A DNA stretch of 60,524 nt from Hyphobacterium sp. (GCA_021604625.1 BQJI01000001.1:1-60524), one strand, 5' to 3'; shown: positions 21,881-31,073, counted from the first letter of the stretch. Numbers and translations: made by a program. The notes: generated by a model from the sequence alone, not told the origin.

Positions 21881-22939
21881 ATGACGAATGCCGCATTGAT
21901 TGAAATCATCGCTCGCAGCTCAGCGGGCATTTTGTGTTTGCTGACCTGTGCGATCCTGCTCGCCAATGCGCGCCAGTCGCTGGCCGGCAAGCTGGGCGCG
22001 CTGTTCGGTTTGGGCGCCTTTGCCTACATTATCTGCGCGTCGCCGGAACTCACCGCTCTGCTGGGCGTGTGGCAATTGCCGCTCATTCCCTTCTCGTGGC
22101 TCGATAGCGTCTTTTTCTGGTGGTTCTGTCTGGCGCTATTCTGCGACCATTACCGCTTCCGCGTCGCGCATATCTTCCCGGCCATTCCGATCCTAATTCT
22201 TGTGGCGCTTCGCCCCGTCGTCACCGACCCGTTCTGGCTCGACCAGATGACCCTGCTCAAACAGCTCATCGGCGTTCTGCTGTTCATGCACGCCACCTAT
22301 TTTGCCCTGCTCAGCCTGAAAGATGACCTCGTCGACAGTCGTCGGCGATTCCGGGTGGTCATTGCCGTTTCGGTTGGCCTGTCGGGTATTTTCCTGATGG
22401 GGCTGGAACGCATCACCAATGGCTCACAGGTCGCCGAACTGTATCAGGTCGGATCGGCTGTGTGGTTGTTGATTCTGGCCTTTGCTTTCGCCATGTGGGC
22501 GCTGCGCGCCAGCCCCAGCATGTTCATCGAACGACCGGTTCAACCTCATCGCCATGACATCGAGGAAGTGACCGCCCGTATCGATCCTGTCGACCGGCCC
22601 TTGCTGGCGCGGTTGGAAGCGGCGATCACAGACGGGGCCTATCTGGAAGCCGGGCTCACCGTTGGCAAGCTGGCGGAACGGTTGGGGACGCCGGAACATC
22701 GCTTGCGCAAATTGATCAATTCCGGGCTCGGCTACCGGAATTTCTCCAGCTATATCAACTCACACAGAGTGGAAGACGCCAAGGAAATTCTCGCCGATCC
22801 CGAACGCGCGCGCCTCCAGATCCTGCAGGTCGCGCTGGACCTTGGTTATGGCTCTATCGCGTCTTTCAACCGGGCGTTTCGTGAAGCCACTGGTGAAGCC
22901 CCGACAAGCTTCCGGCGCAAGGCCCTGCTGGCCGATTAG
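21881..22939 (+). CDS. Membrane-anchored AraC family transcriptional regulator
   Basis: About 7 TM N-terminus; C-terminal LGYRNFSSYIN...ALDLGYGSIASFNRAFREATGEAPTSFR double HTH. Confidence 0.9.
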   Translation: MTNAALIEIIARSSAGILCLLTCAILLANARQSLAGKLGALFGLGAFAYIICASPELTALLGVWQLPLIPFSWLDSVFFWWFCLALFCDHYRFRVAHIFPAIPILILVALRPVVTDPFWLDQMTLLKQLIGVLLFMHATYFALLSLKDDLVDSRRRFRVVIAVSVGLSGIFLMGLERITNGSQVAELYQVGSAVWLLILAFAFAMWALRASPSMFIERPVQPHRHDIEEVTARIDPVDRPLLARLEAAITDGAYLEAGLTVGKLAERLGTPEHRLRKLINSGLGYRNFSSYINSHRVEDAKEILADPERARLQILQVALDLGYGSIASFNRAFREATGEAPTSFRRKALLAD

Positions 22940-23391
22940 CGGTAAATCGTGATCAGAATACCGATGAAAGCGATGAGCGGTAATAGTACGACCGGCACAA
23001 TGCAGATCTGAACAAGTGCAGCCCATCCGGGGATCGCGCCGGTATTGGTGTCCACCTTCTCATGCAGAAAATCGCCCCAGCTTTTGGTTTTCGACTTGCG
23101 ACCCGAGACGCGGTAAAGCGCCAGCGGCGCGCCGAAGAACAGCACGCCGTAAACCGTGCAGACGCCGACCGCAAATACGGTCTGGGCACTATTCATGAAG
23201 GTCAGGAAAAACAACAGGATCATGCCGCCAAACAGACCGGCAAACAGATAGAATACAGCATGGTGAATACCGGCGACGGCGATCTCTGCCGGTGGGGAGT
23301 CTGCGCCGGCTTCGGTGGCTATGTCAGCCAGGGTCCGATACGGCGCATCCCCCCGCAATTCCAGTTCATGTACGCGGTTCATTTCATCCAT
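22936..23391 (-). CDS. Hypothetical membrane protein (about 3 TM)
   Basis: AGGAGG RBS; hydrophobic segments; divergent from the Rrf2 gene. Confidence 0.7.
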   Translation of the reverse strand: MDEMNRVHELELRGDAPYRTLADIATEAGADSPPAEIAVAGIHHAVFYLFAGLFGGMILLFFLTFMNSAQTVFAVGVCTVYGVLFFGAPLALYRVSGRKSKTKSWGDFLHEKVDTNTGAIPGWAALVQICIVPVVLLPLIAFIGILITIYR

Positions 23392-23402
23392 GACCGCCTC
23401 CT

Positions 23403-23433
23403 TTATAACAGGTATATAATATGCATGTTATAA
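23403..23433. promoter_or_regulatory. NsrR/Rrf2-type operator palindrome
   Basis: TTATAACAGGTATATAATATGCATGTTATAA: 26 of 31 positions are dyad-symmetric; the core resembles the NsrR box. Confidence 0.7.
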
Positions 23434-23487
23434 CCTTGAGCCATGACAAAAAGCAATATATGAAATGCATAATTACAGGAGATGGCG

Positions 23488-23928
23488 ATGCGCCTGACAG
23501 CCCAAACCGATTATGCCTTGCGCATGCTGATGCATCTGGCGGTCAATTCCGATCGCTGGGTCACGATCAGTGAAATCGCCGAACGTTTTGATATTTCAAA
23601 GAACCATTTGATGAAAATCGCCCAGACTCTGGTCGCCCGAAAAGTGGTGCAGTCCTTGCGCGGGCGCGGCGGCGGACTTCGTCTGGCGCGGCCGGCGAAC
23701 GCGATTCATGTCGGCGAGATTGCGCGCCCGCTTGAGGCGGCCAGCGTACTCGTCGAATGTTTCCCCGGCGGCGCCAATGAATGTCTCATCACCCCGTCCT
23801 GCAAGCTGAAAGGTGTTCTGCGCGAAGCTCAGGCGGCGTTTTACGATGTTCTGGATCAGTATTCGATCGCTGACCTGGTCGGCGGAAATCAGGGCCTGGA
23901 AGCCTTGCTGGCAGAGGTTGCAGCATGA
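23488..23928 (+). CDS. nsrR: Rrf2 family regulator, NsrR-like
   Basis: MRLTAQTDYALRML, SKNHLMKI, RGRGGG and three Fe-S Cys (ECF...CLITPSC). Confidence 0.75.
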   Translation: MRLTAQTDYALRMLMHLAVNSDRWVTISEIAERFDISKNHLMKIAQTLVARKVVQSLRGRGGGLRLARPANAIHVGEIARPLEAASVLVECFPGGANECLITPSCKLKGVLREAQAAFYDVLDQYSIADLVGGNQGLEALLAEVAA

Positions 23929-24389
23929 GTGACACACAAATTCGAAGCGTCTCCCAGCGCCGGGAAGCAATTCGCGCCCAGGCCGCCTCGCTGGGTATTG
24001 ATGATGCCTATATCTCCACCCTGGTCGACACATTCTATGATCGTATCCGCGCGCATGGCCTGATTGGCCCGATCTTCGATACGGCAATTGGCGACAATTG
24101 GGACACCCACCTTGCGCGCATGAAGGATTTCTGGGCGTCGGTGGCTCTCAATGCGGGACGCTATTCCGGCAAACCCGTACCGGCGCATCGCAAGCATACC
24201 GCGATACAGCCCTGGCATTTCCGGATCTGGCTGACCTTGTTCGAGGACACGCTGCGCGATACGGCCCCGACCCCGGGTGCCATTGACTATTTCATGGAGC
24301 GCGCCGAGCGGATTGCGCAGAGCCTGCAAATGGCCATGTTCGGCATCCCCGGCCTGCCGCCGGAAAGCGCCCCCGCAAAAGAGGCCTAG
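23925..24389 (+). CDS. Group III truncated haemoglobin (trHbP)
   Basis: VDTFYDRIR...IGPIF...WDTHLARMKDFW...YSGKPVPAH...HFRIWLTLF. Confidence 0.9.
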   Translation: MSDTQIRSVSQRREAIRAQAASLGIDDAYISTLVDTFYDRIRAHGLIGPIFDTAIGDNWDTHLARMKDFWASVALNAGRYSGKPVPAHRKHTAIQPWHFRIWLTLFEDTLRDTAPTPGAIDYFMERAERIAQSLQMAMFGIPGLPPESAPAKEA

Positions 24390-25609
24390 TCCTCAATCCG
24401 GAAAGTCAGTCCCGCTTTCTCCTGCAGGCGATTCACGAGCTTGCCACCCATCGCCGCGCCGGCAGTCCAGACGCCGCCGCCGGTGGTCTGGCGATCAACA
24501 TCAAACACCAATGCCGCCGCGCATTCGGAAATCATTTTAGAGGTTGAGCCATAGCCGGGGTCCTTGTCGCCCTGCACCGAGGCTTTCAACCGCACACCGC
24601 TTTCATCTTCGCCGATAAACAGAACATCGTAAAAACCGGTCTCCCGCGCTTCCTTGTCCGGCCCGTCGCCGGGCTTGGGCAGGGCAAATGTCCTGATCAG
24701 CCAGCGTGTTGGCGCAATCGCCAGCAGAATGTTCTGGACTTTATCCTGCCGGGCGGCGGCCTTGGCGCGTTTTTCACCCTTCGGGCCATCCCCCGTCATC
24801 ATTCGCTCGTCATAGACAAAGGCCTCGCCATAGGCATGGCCCGTCAACGCATTGGTGCGGTGGACATTCTTTGTGTTGATGGGGGCCATGATGAATGGCG
24901 CAGTCCAGGATTGCGCGGTCGCATCATATTCTGCCTTGTCCGAATGCGGTTGCTTCGGGCCTTTGAAGCCCGGCACCAGCGAAAACGGATTGGTCAGCAA
25001 TTTGATGATGGATTTGTCTTTTGAGGCGGCTTCAAGTGTCGCCATCAGACTGGCGGCCGTGCCACCGGAAAAAGTCCCTTTCATTTTACGCACCCGGCCT
25101 TTGACGCGTGGCAAGGTCAGGCCAAAACGCGATTTGGCCTCGCGCTGCAAGAACCAGACGCCCAGATCAAATGGCACGGAGTCAAAGCCGCAGGAAAACA
25201 CCAGCCGCGCCCCGCTCTGCTCAGCACGGGCCTGATATTTGCGGATCATCTGCGCCATCCACGCCGGCTCGCCGCACAGATCGACATAATCCGTGCCCGC
25301 CTCGGCGCAGGCCGCCAGCAGCGGTTCGCCATAAAACTGATAGGGACCAACCGTGGTGAGAATGACGTGGGCGCCGTCTGCCATGACTTTCAAAGTCTCT
25401 GGCTGGCCAGCATCAGCGATCACCAGGGGTATGTCGTCGGGAATACCCATCTCGTCGCGTACGGATTTCAGCTTCGACGCTGACCGTCCGGCCATCGCCC
25501 ATTTCAGATCACCACCAACACCATAAGTGGCGTTGAGATATTCCGCGACCAGCCGCCCGGTAAAACCGGTTGCGCCGTAGACGACAATGTCGAATGTCCG
25601 ATCTGTCAT
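24386..25609 (-). CDS. Saccharopine dehydrogenase-like / trans-acting enoyl reductase
   Basis: YGATGFTG, TTVGPY, YVDLCGE, CGFDSVP and DPGYGSTSKM motifs. Confidence 0.88.
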   Translation of the reverse strand: MTDRTFDIVVYGATGFTGRLVAEYLNATYGVGGDLKWAMAGRSASKLKSVRDEMGIPDDIPLVIADAGQPETLKVMADGAHVILTTVGPYQFYGEPLLAACAEAGTDYVDLCGEPAWMAQMIRKYQARAEQSGARLVFSCGFDSVPFDLGVWFLQREAKSRFGLTLPRVKGRVRKMKGTFSGGTAASLMATLEAASKDKSIIKLLTNPFSLVPGFKGPKQPHSDKAEYDATAQSWTAPFIMAPINTKNVHRTNALTGHAYGEAFVYDERMMTGDGPKGEKRAKAAARQDKVQNILLAIAPTRWLIRTFALPKPGDGPDKEARETGFYDVLFIGEDESGVRLKASVQGDKDPGYGSTSKMISECAAALVFDVDRQTTGGGVWTAGAAMGGKLVNRLQEKAGLTFRIED

Positions 25610-25704
25610 GGTGGTCCTCCTTGGTTTCGGGAGCATCACGCCTGCGCGCACCGGGTCAAGACCATAAACTCCCACGCCTTTCCATCGTCCGGCAGTCGTA
25701 AAAT

Positions 25705-25729
25705 GGAACCGACCCCTCAAGCAGGCGTT
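25705..25729 (+). promoter_or_regulatory. EcfG/SigT-type general-stress promoter GGAAC-N16-CGTT
   Basis: Exact match to the alphaproteobacterial ECF15 consensus, 33 bp upstream of the ATG at 25763. Confidence 0.65.
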
Positions 25730-25762
25730 CTCTTCTTGCACGCAGTAAAAGGAGAACCTGCT

Positions 25763-26452
25763 ATGAAACTTTCAGCAACCAGTCTCACCTTGGCCCTGCT
25801 TCTGCCGTCCGCGGCGTTTGCTCAGGTGACCGATTTGACCGCCGAGGCACAAAGCCAGACCCGCGGCGCTGTCTCGGCAACGTCCCGTCAGTCGGTTCAG
25901 GGCCCGCTCGATCAGCAAGGCAATCTGGATTCACGCCTCGACACCGATCTTCAGTCACAGATCGAAACCGGTCTGAATTCAAATCTGGAGGTCGAGGATT
26001 CGCTCGACGCGGAAGGTCGCGCAGACCTTGCCACACAAACCCGCCTGCGCGAGAGCCTCAACACCTCGCTGACCGCCTATGATCGCAGCACCGCCAATGC
26101 GCGGCTGGCAAGCGCGTTGGAACAGCGCTCGCAAATGTACGCGGGTAACCAGGCGTCCGCTTCGGCCAGCGCCAGCGTTGATCGTCCCCGCAATCCGCGC
26201 ATGACGATGCGGTCCGGCGACCAGGGCGGCCATACCTATGTGATTGTCTATTCACGCGATGGCTACCGGATCGGTTCGGTTACGCGCTATGACGCGCAAA
26301 CCGATAATCGGGTCTATTTCAACCGGTCCGACATTGATGCCACCGGTGAGGTCGCGATGCCGCAATCGAGCGCCATGTTTGATGCCGAGGCACAGGCCCT
26401 GATCCTGAACGCCACGCGCGCTGACATCGCCGGAATGACGGCCGTCGGGTAA
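25763..26452 (+). CDS. Secreted low-complexity protein with possible C-terminal PRC-barrel-like domain
   Basis: AAGGAG RBS, signal peptide; VIVYSRDGYRIGSV resembles the start of a PRC-barrel. Confidence 0.6.
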   Translation: MKLSATSLTLALLLPSAAFAQVTDLTAEAQSQTRGAVSATSRQSVQGPLDQQGNLDSRLDTDLQSQIETGLNSNLEVEDSLDAEGRADLATQTRLRESLNTSLTAYDRSTANARLASALEQRSQMYAGNQASASASASVDRPRNPRMTMRSGDQGGHTYVIVYSRDGYRIGSVTRYDAQTDNRVYFNRSDIDATGEVAMPQSSAMFDAEAQALILNATRADIAGMTAVG

Positions 26453-26476
26453 CACCGCAGAACCGTCATTTCAAAG

Positions 26477-26506
26477 GGAAAGGCACGGCACCGTCCGTGC
26501 CTTTTT
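26477..26506. terminator. Bidirectional terminator between convergent genes
   Basis: AAAGGCACGG-loop-CCGTGCCTTT. Confidence 0.65.
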
Positions 26507-27298
26507 CTATTCCAGAGTCAATCGCCTGAGCTCGACCGTCACGCCGCCAAAACCCGCTCGCGTGTGCAGGCGTACCGGCAGATAAGCCGTGCCATCGGCA
26601 ATCGGTGCAATCCACATGCGCAAGGGGTGACGGGTCTCGCCGGGCGTCGGCCAGTCTTCCACATCATATCCGGAAACCGGGATATAATAGGCATCGCAAA
26701 CCAGCGCATCGCCGCGCCAACCCCTTGTCCGGATGCGTTCCGTCCCGCGTGAAGCCAGACGCAGATCATAGCGCTGTTTGCCGTCAAAGACCGGGATAGA
26801 GCCTTCACAGGGCGTACCGCCGGAGGCGGCAACCATTTCAGACAATAACAACGTCGCTGTCATCGGATCCACCACGCCGGTCCGGTCCAGGTCAGACGCG
26901 GGCGGGTCGCCCCAGGACGAAAATTCCGGTGTCGCGGTGGGGTGTGCCAGCCGGTTCTCGAACGCCACTTCAATGCGGCGGGTCTTGTCGCCGGTCCGCT
27001 CGACATGGACGTAATGGCTTGGCTGTGGCCCAGTGGCCATGAATTGCCCCTCGACCTCGGAATCAATATCGAAATCGGTAAACAATGCCGCCAGCCCTGC
27101 CGCTTCGACATGGGCCTGAGCAGCGTAGTTGTCCGGTTCGAGCTCGGCATTCAAGGTCACGCGACCAACCCGGAAAATCAGCACAGACGCCGAATAATCC
27201 GCTTCGATTGTCAGCGGTGTCTCCCGATCGAGAGCGAATGCCGGGGTGTGGGAGAATATCAGCCAGCCAGCAATGAACAGGACACGCAACAGGAGCAT
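26507..27298 (-). CDS. DUF3108 domain protein
   Basis: Signal peptide; DRTGVVDPMTA, C...IPVFDGKQRYDL and YLPVRL motifs. Confidence 0.8.
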   Translation of the reverse strand: MLLLRVLFIAGWLIFSHTPAFALDRETPLTIEADYSASVLIFRVGRVTLNAELEPDNYAAQAHVEAAGLAALFTDFDIDSEVEGQFMATGPQPSHYVHVERTGDKTRRIEVAFENRLAHPTATPEFSSWGDPPASDLDRTGVVDPMTATLLLSEMVAASGGTPCEGSIPVFDGKQRYDLRLASRGTERIRTRGWRGDALVCDAYYIPVSGYDVEDWPTPGETRHPLRMWIAPIADGTAYLPVRLHTRAGFGGVTVELRRLTLE

Positions 27299-27371
27299 CA
27301 GACAGGCTTTCCGCAGTTTCGATCTTAACTCTAGAACAACCCGGCCATCTGTCGACCCGCTCCGCGTCGCG

Positions 27372-27400
27372 AAAAAAAAGGAGCGGCCGAAGCCGCCCCG
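27372..27400 (-). terminator. Rho-independent terminator
   Basis: GCGGC-CGAA-GCCGC hairpin (UUCG loop on the minus strand) followed by a run of 8 T on the minus strand. Confidence 0.65.
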
Positions 27401-27425
27401 ATAATTCGCAAGCTATCTGCTGCCT

Positions 27426-28325
27426 TTAGGCACGGCGGCGGCGCGGCGCTGCCAACAGGCGCAAGGCCAGCAACATCGACAGGATGAGCAGCAGGGCACA
27501 GCCCAGCGGAAAGGCATGCTCACCGATGCTGTAACGGCTGATCCACATCGTGTCATTCGACCGCGACGCGGCCCGATTGGCGACAGGCGGTGGTGTAGCG
27601 GACCGTGACTGAGCCGGCGCTTGTGTCGCAGTGCGATCCTCGACAATACGGCGATCACGGATGACGACCGTATCCGAGCGCGTCACCGGCCCGGTATAGG
27701 TGCGGCTCGGGCCTTGCGACACGACAACCGCGCCGGGCGTCTGGACCTGCACGCGCGGTGTTTCCGGCACAGCCGCCGAAACCGATGCCGGCGCGGCGCG
27801 GGCCGCAATTTCTGCGGCGGTCAGAACCCGGCTGGTGGCGGGATCAATGGGCGAGGTGCTCGGCTCGACAATGGCAGAAGCCTGACCCGACACCGTGCTG
27901 TCCACAAAATCCCCGGCCACCACATCGCCATTGGCCGTAGCCGCACCACCAATGCGGTCGCGGCGGGCGGAGAGACCCGATTGCGTCTGTGCGGCGGCAT
28001 GTGCGGTGTCTTCGACGTCCAGCGTGGTTTGGGTCACCGCGCTGGTTTGTGCTTGCGGCGCTGCCGCGTCATTTGCCGTGGTTTCGCGCGCGGCAACGGC
28101 GGCCCGGCGGGCGTCTCGCACGGCTCGTTGCTGACGCATCAGCTCCAGGCGCGAAGTGGGTCGACCGGTTTGCAGGCGCGATCCGAGGCGGCTGGTGGAC
28201 TCCAGCTGTAATTCTTCGCGCTCCAGATCGGTGGTTTGCTGGACCGTGCCGGTGACAGACCCCAATTGTGCTTCGGCGAGTGAGGCACTTGCCAGAACAG
28301 TACAGATTGAAAGCAGGATACGCAT
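27426..28325 (-). CDS. Secreted Ala/Thr/Ser-rich protein with C-terminal TM and Arg tail
   Basis: GGGAG RBS; signal peptide; ends FPLGCALLLILSMLLALRLLAAPRRRRA. Confidence 0.7.
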   Translation of the reverse strand: MRILLSICTVLASASLAEAQLGSVTGTVQQTTDLEREELQLESTSRLGSRLQTGRPTSRLELMRQQRAVRDARRAAVAARETTANDAAAPQAQTSAVTQTTLDVEDTAHAAAQTQSGLSARRDRIGGAATANGDVVAGDFVDSTVSGQASAIVEPSTSPIDPATSRVLTAAEIAARAAPASVSAAVPETPRVQVQTPGAVVVSQGPSRTYTGPVTRSDTVVIRDRRIVEDRTATQAPAQSRSATPPPVANRAASRSNDTMWISRYSIGEHAFPLGCALLLILSMLLALRLLAAPRRRRA

Positions 28326-28381
28326 GAGACTCTCCCTTCTTCGTGTCTTCGGCCTGCCGCTCTCAGCGGGCCGTTCAGGAA

Positions 28382-28410
28382 GACAACGATTGGGGGAGTG
28401 GATTTATTCC
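28382..28410 (-). promoter_or_regulatory. Putative ECF promoter GGAATAAATCC-N10-TCGTTGTC
   Basis: Same motif and spacing as at 29763 and 31010. Confidence 0.7.
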
Positions 28411-28422
28411 CGGCCGGAAAAA

Positions 28423-29700
28423 TCAGTTCCCAGCGAGGCGGGCAGAGGCGGGCTGAAACACGCTGTCGCCGACCAGACCATGCCCGTAGACGCGGTCGTG
28501 TCCGCGCCGGCCCAGATCCTCGGCGCGCGCGGTCAGCGCGCTTAATGCGGCCTCGGTCGAGCCGGACAGCATCGTCTGATGCGCCAGCAAACCGGCAACA
28601 ATGGGCGAGGCGAAAGACGTGCCTCTGACCTGAACATAGTCATTGTTCAGCGACGGCCACACCATATCCATGCCGCGCGCGGCAAAATCGACATGATCGC
28701 CCTGCACCGCTTCCGGCAGAATCTCGTCATCGGCATTGACGCCGGTGACCGCAACCACGTCGTCATAGGCCGCCGGATAGAGCGGTCGCGCATTGGCGCC
28801 GTCATTTCCGACCGCCGCGACAATCAGGCGTCCCTGCGCGGTAAAGCGGCGCACCGCCGCCCGCAAAGCCAGATTTTCAGGCCCGACGATGGAGATATTC
28901 ACAACCCGCACATCCGCTTCGGCCATCCAGCCGAGCGCCCGGATCAGCGTGTCGGCGGATCCGCCGGTAGGTTGGCCACCATAGACATCCGCCGCCAGAA
29001 TTTGCGCGCCGGGAATGACGCCATTTCCCGATCCCAGAATGGCCGCAACCTGCAAGCCGTGATCATGCGGTACCACGGACGTGCCGCGAAAATGCCGGGC
29101 CTCGACCTGGCCCGCAGCGAAGACCGGTGACCGGGCGGGAACACCGGCATCGATAATACCAACGGTCAGATTGCGATGGATCTGCGCTGCAAATCCGCCC
29201 TGATAGGCTGTGGCCATTCCCGACGGCATATAAATCGTGTTGTAGTCAAACAACCCGTCCGGATCCAAACCCCGGAGAATTTGCAAGGCAAGCTGCACGC
29301 GTGTGCCGTTGGGTGCGCGAAGCCGCACATAACGAAGCCCGAGTGCGGGTTCTGTGCGGTCCTCAATGATGCGAAACCCGCTTTGTTGCGCCAGCGTCAG
29401 AAGCACGATGTCCGGATCGACGACCAGCACTTCACCGCGCAGGACGACGCTTCCGCCTGGCCCGCGTTCCAGAAGATCGCCATTGGCGCGCACCAGCGTG
29501 TTGAGTGCGTCATTGCGGGCATCCTCGATCTCGTCCAGCACCCGGTCTTCAAGCTGATCGATAAGGCTCTCGGTCGGATCAAGCGGCGTATCGGGCAGAA
29601 GGTCCGGAACCCGTGTCGGCAGTCGTGTTGGCAGTCGGAACTGCGCCTCGGCAATTCCGGCAAATCCGACCAGAAGGATCATCAGCACATGAATTCGCAT
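28423..29700 (-). CDS. S8 family (subtilase) serine peptidase
   Basis: Intact triad: IIDAG (Asp), HDHG (His), GTSFASP (Ser); AAVGN oxyanion motif; signal peptide. Confidence 0.92.
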   Translation of the reverse strand: MRIHVLMILLVGFAGIAEAQFRLPTRLPTRVPDLLPDTPLDPTESLIDQLEDRVLDEIEDARNDALNTLVRANGDLLERGPGGSVVLRGEVLVVDPDIVLLTLAQQSGFRIIEDRTEPALGLRYVRLRAPNGTRVQLALQILRGLDPDGLFDYNTIYMPSGMATAYQGGFAAQIHRNLTVGIIDAGVPARSPVFAAGQVEARHFRGTSVVPHDHGLQVAAILGSGNGVIPGAQILAADVYGGQPTGGSADTLIRALGWMAEADVRVVNISIVGPENLALRAAVRRFTAQGRLIVAAVGNDGANARPLYPAAYDDVVAVTGVNADDEILPEAVQGDHVDFAARGMDMVWPSLNNDYVQVRGTSFASPIVAGLLAHQTMLSGSTEAALSALTARAEDLGRRGHDRVYGHGLVGDSVFQPASARLAGN

Positions 29701-29755
29701 ATCGGTTCCACCTGTTTGCCCGCCACCCCGCTATGACAGCAGGGGCTGATCAGAT

Positions 29756-29791
29756 AACGTATGGAAGAAACCGGTTCTTCCAATCGTTGTC
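29756..29791. promoter_or_regulatory. Interlocked divergent ECF promoters (GGAA-N18-CGTT on both strands)
   Basis: AACG-TAT-GGAAGAAACCGGTTCTTCC-AAT-CGTTGTC. Plus strand: GGAA 29763-66 with CGTT 29785-88. Minus strand: GGAA 29781-78 with CGTT 29759-56. Confidence 0.7.
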
Positions 29792-29802
29792 GAGATAATA
29801 GC

Positions 29803-30315
29803 ATGCCCACGAAAGATGCCGAATTTCGGGCAGGCCTGATGGAAATTCTGCCACGTTTGCGGCGATTCTCCAGGTCTTTGACCCGCCATGAAGCGGATGC
29901 TGACGATCTGTTGCAGACAGCGCTGGAACGGGCATTGAAGCGGTCTGACCAGTTTCAGGCCGGAACCCGACTGGACAGCTGGATGTACCGGATGATCAAG
30001 AATATCTGGATTGATGAAATAAGAGCCCGCACTCGCCGCGCGCAGACCTTTGCGCCCGAAGAGGCGGGTGAGGGTATGGGCGCAGAAGACCCGACATTTG
30101 ACCGGCAGATACGCGCCATGTCGATCGAACGGGCCATGGACACCTTGCCGGAAGATCAACGCATTGCGGTCTCGCTCGTGCTGGTCGAAGGCCTGTCCTA
30201 CAAGGAAGCGGCGAAGGTGATGGACGTGCCGATGGGCACGTTGACCAGCCGTCTGGCGCGGGGCCGTCAAGCCTTGTCCGATCAACTGGCCGACCAGGAA
30301 GGAGCGCGCGCATGA
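29803..30315 (+). CDS. ECF RNA polymerase sigma factor
   Basis: DADDLLQTALERAL (region 2), SWMYRMIKN.WID, EGLSYKEAA...PMGTLTSRLARGR (region 4). Confidence 0.93.
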   Translation: MPTKDAEFRAGLMEILPRLRRFSRSLTRHEADADDLLQTALERALKRSDQFQAGTRLDSWMYRMIKNIWIDEIRARTRRAQTFAPEEAGEGMGAEDPTFDRQIRAMSIERAMDTLPEDQRIAVSLVLVEGLSYKEAAKVMDVPMGTLTSRLARGRQALSDQLADQEGARA

Positions 30316-31016
30316 CCTATACCGACGAAGATATTCTCGCCTATATTGACGGCGAAATGCCCGCCGCCGACCGCACCGCGTTCGAAACTGCTCTGGCAGC
30401 GGATGCCGACCTCGCCGCCCGCACTGAACACCATCGGCGGCTCGGAAATTCGGTGAAATCGCATTATGCGCCAATCGCCAACGCGCCGGTCCCCGACCGC
30501 ATTGCCGAGATGCTGGCACTCCGCGATGAGGCCCCGGCAGGCGACACGCTGATCGACCGGTTCAAGGCCTGGTTCGCGCATCCGCTGGCCATGCCCGGAG
30601 CCTCGGCGATGGCCAGTCTGGCGATCGGTATTCTGGTGGGCGCGCAATTCATGCCGCTGCAGACCGGCATTTCCGGCGATACCAGTCTTGCCAGCGCAAA
30701 TCTGGCAGCGGCACTGAGCGCCGCTGACGGCACGCAAGCCTGGCAAATGCCGGTGACGTTTCGCGACGAAACCGGGCGCTATTGCCGGGCATTCCGCGGC
30801 ACAGAAACCGGAACGAGCGGACTGGCCTGCCGCGAGGGCGAGAGTTGGCAGGTGAATTTGCTGGTCACCGGTAATGGCGGCGAAGCAGTTGGGTATCAGC
30901 TGGCCAGTTCGCCCCTGCCAGCCATCATCCTCGAAAGCGTGGACGGGCTGATCGAGGGGGATCCGCTGGATGCAGAGGCCATAGAAACCGCCGCGCAGTC
31001 CAACTGGATGGAATAA
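30312..31016 (+). CDS. Transmembrane anti-sigma factor
   Basis: ILAYIDGEM N-terminus, a single TM and a periplasmic domain with two Cys; ATGA overlap with the sigma gene. Confidence 0.85.
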   Translation: MTYTDEDILAYIDGEMPAADRTAFETALAADADLAARTEHHRRLGNSVKSHYAPIANAPVPDRIAEMLALRDEAPAGDTLIDRFKAWFAHPLAMPGASAMASLAIGILVGAQFMPLQTGISGDTSLASANLAAALSAADGTQAWQMPVTFRDETGRYCRAFRGTETGTSGLACREGESWQVNLLVTGNGGEAVGYQLASSPLPAIILESVDGLIEGDPLDAEAIETAAQSNWME

Positions 31017-31038
31017 ATCCCGCCACCCATTCGTTGTC
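31010..31038 (+). promoter_or_regulatory. Putative ECF promoter GGAATAAATCC-N10-TCGTTGTC
   Basis: Overlaps the anti-sigma stop codon; 35 bp upstream of the ATG at 31074. Confidence 0.7.
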
Positions 31039-31073
31039 CTCTTTGCAAGACGCCAATTGCAAAGGAGGATGTC

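Noticed and set aside
29761-29802. Longer N-terminus for the ECF sigma (likewise the upstream extensions at 16142, 18543, 25703, 41150, 48394 and 56005)
   Set aside because: The extensions overlap promoters, terminators or neighbouring genes; downstream ATGs with an RBS, signal peptide or domain start fit better.
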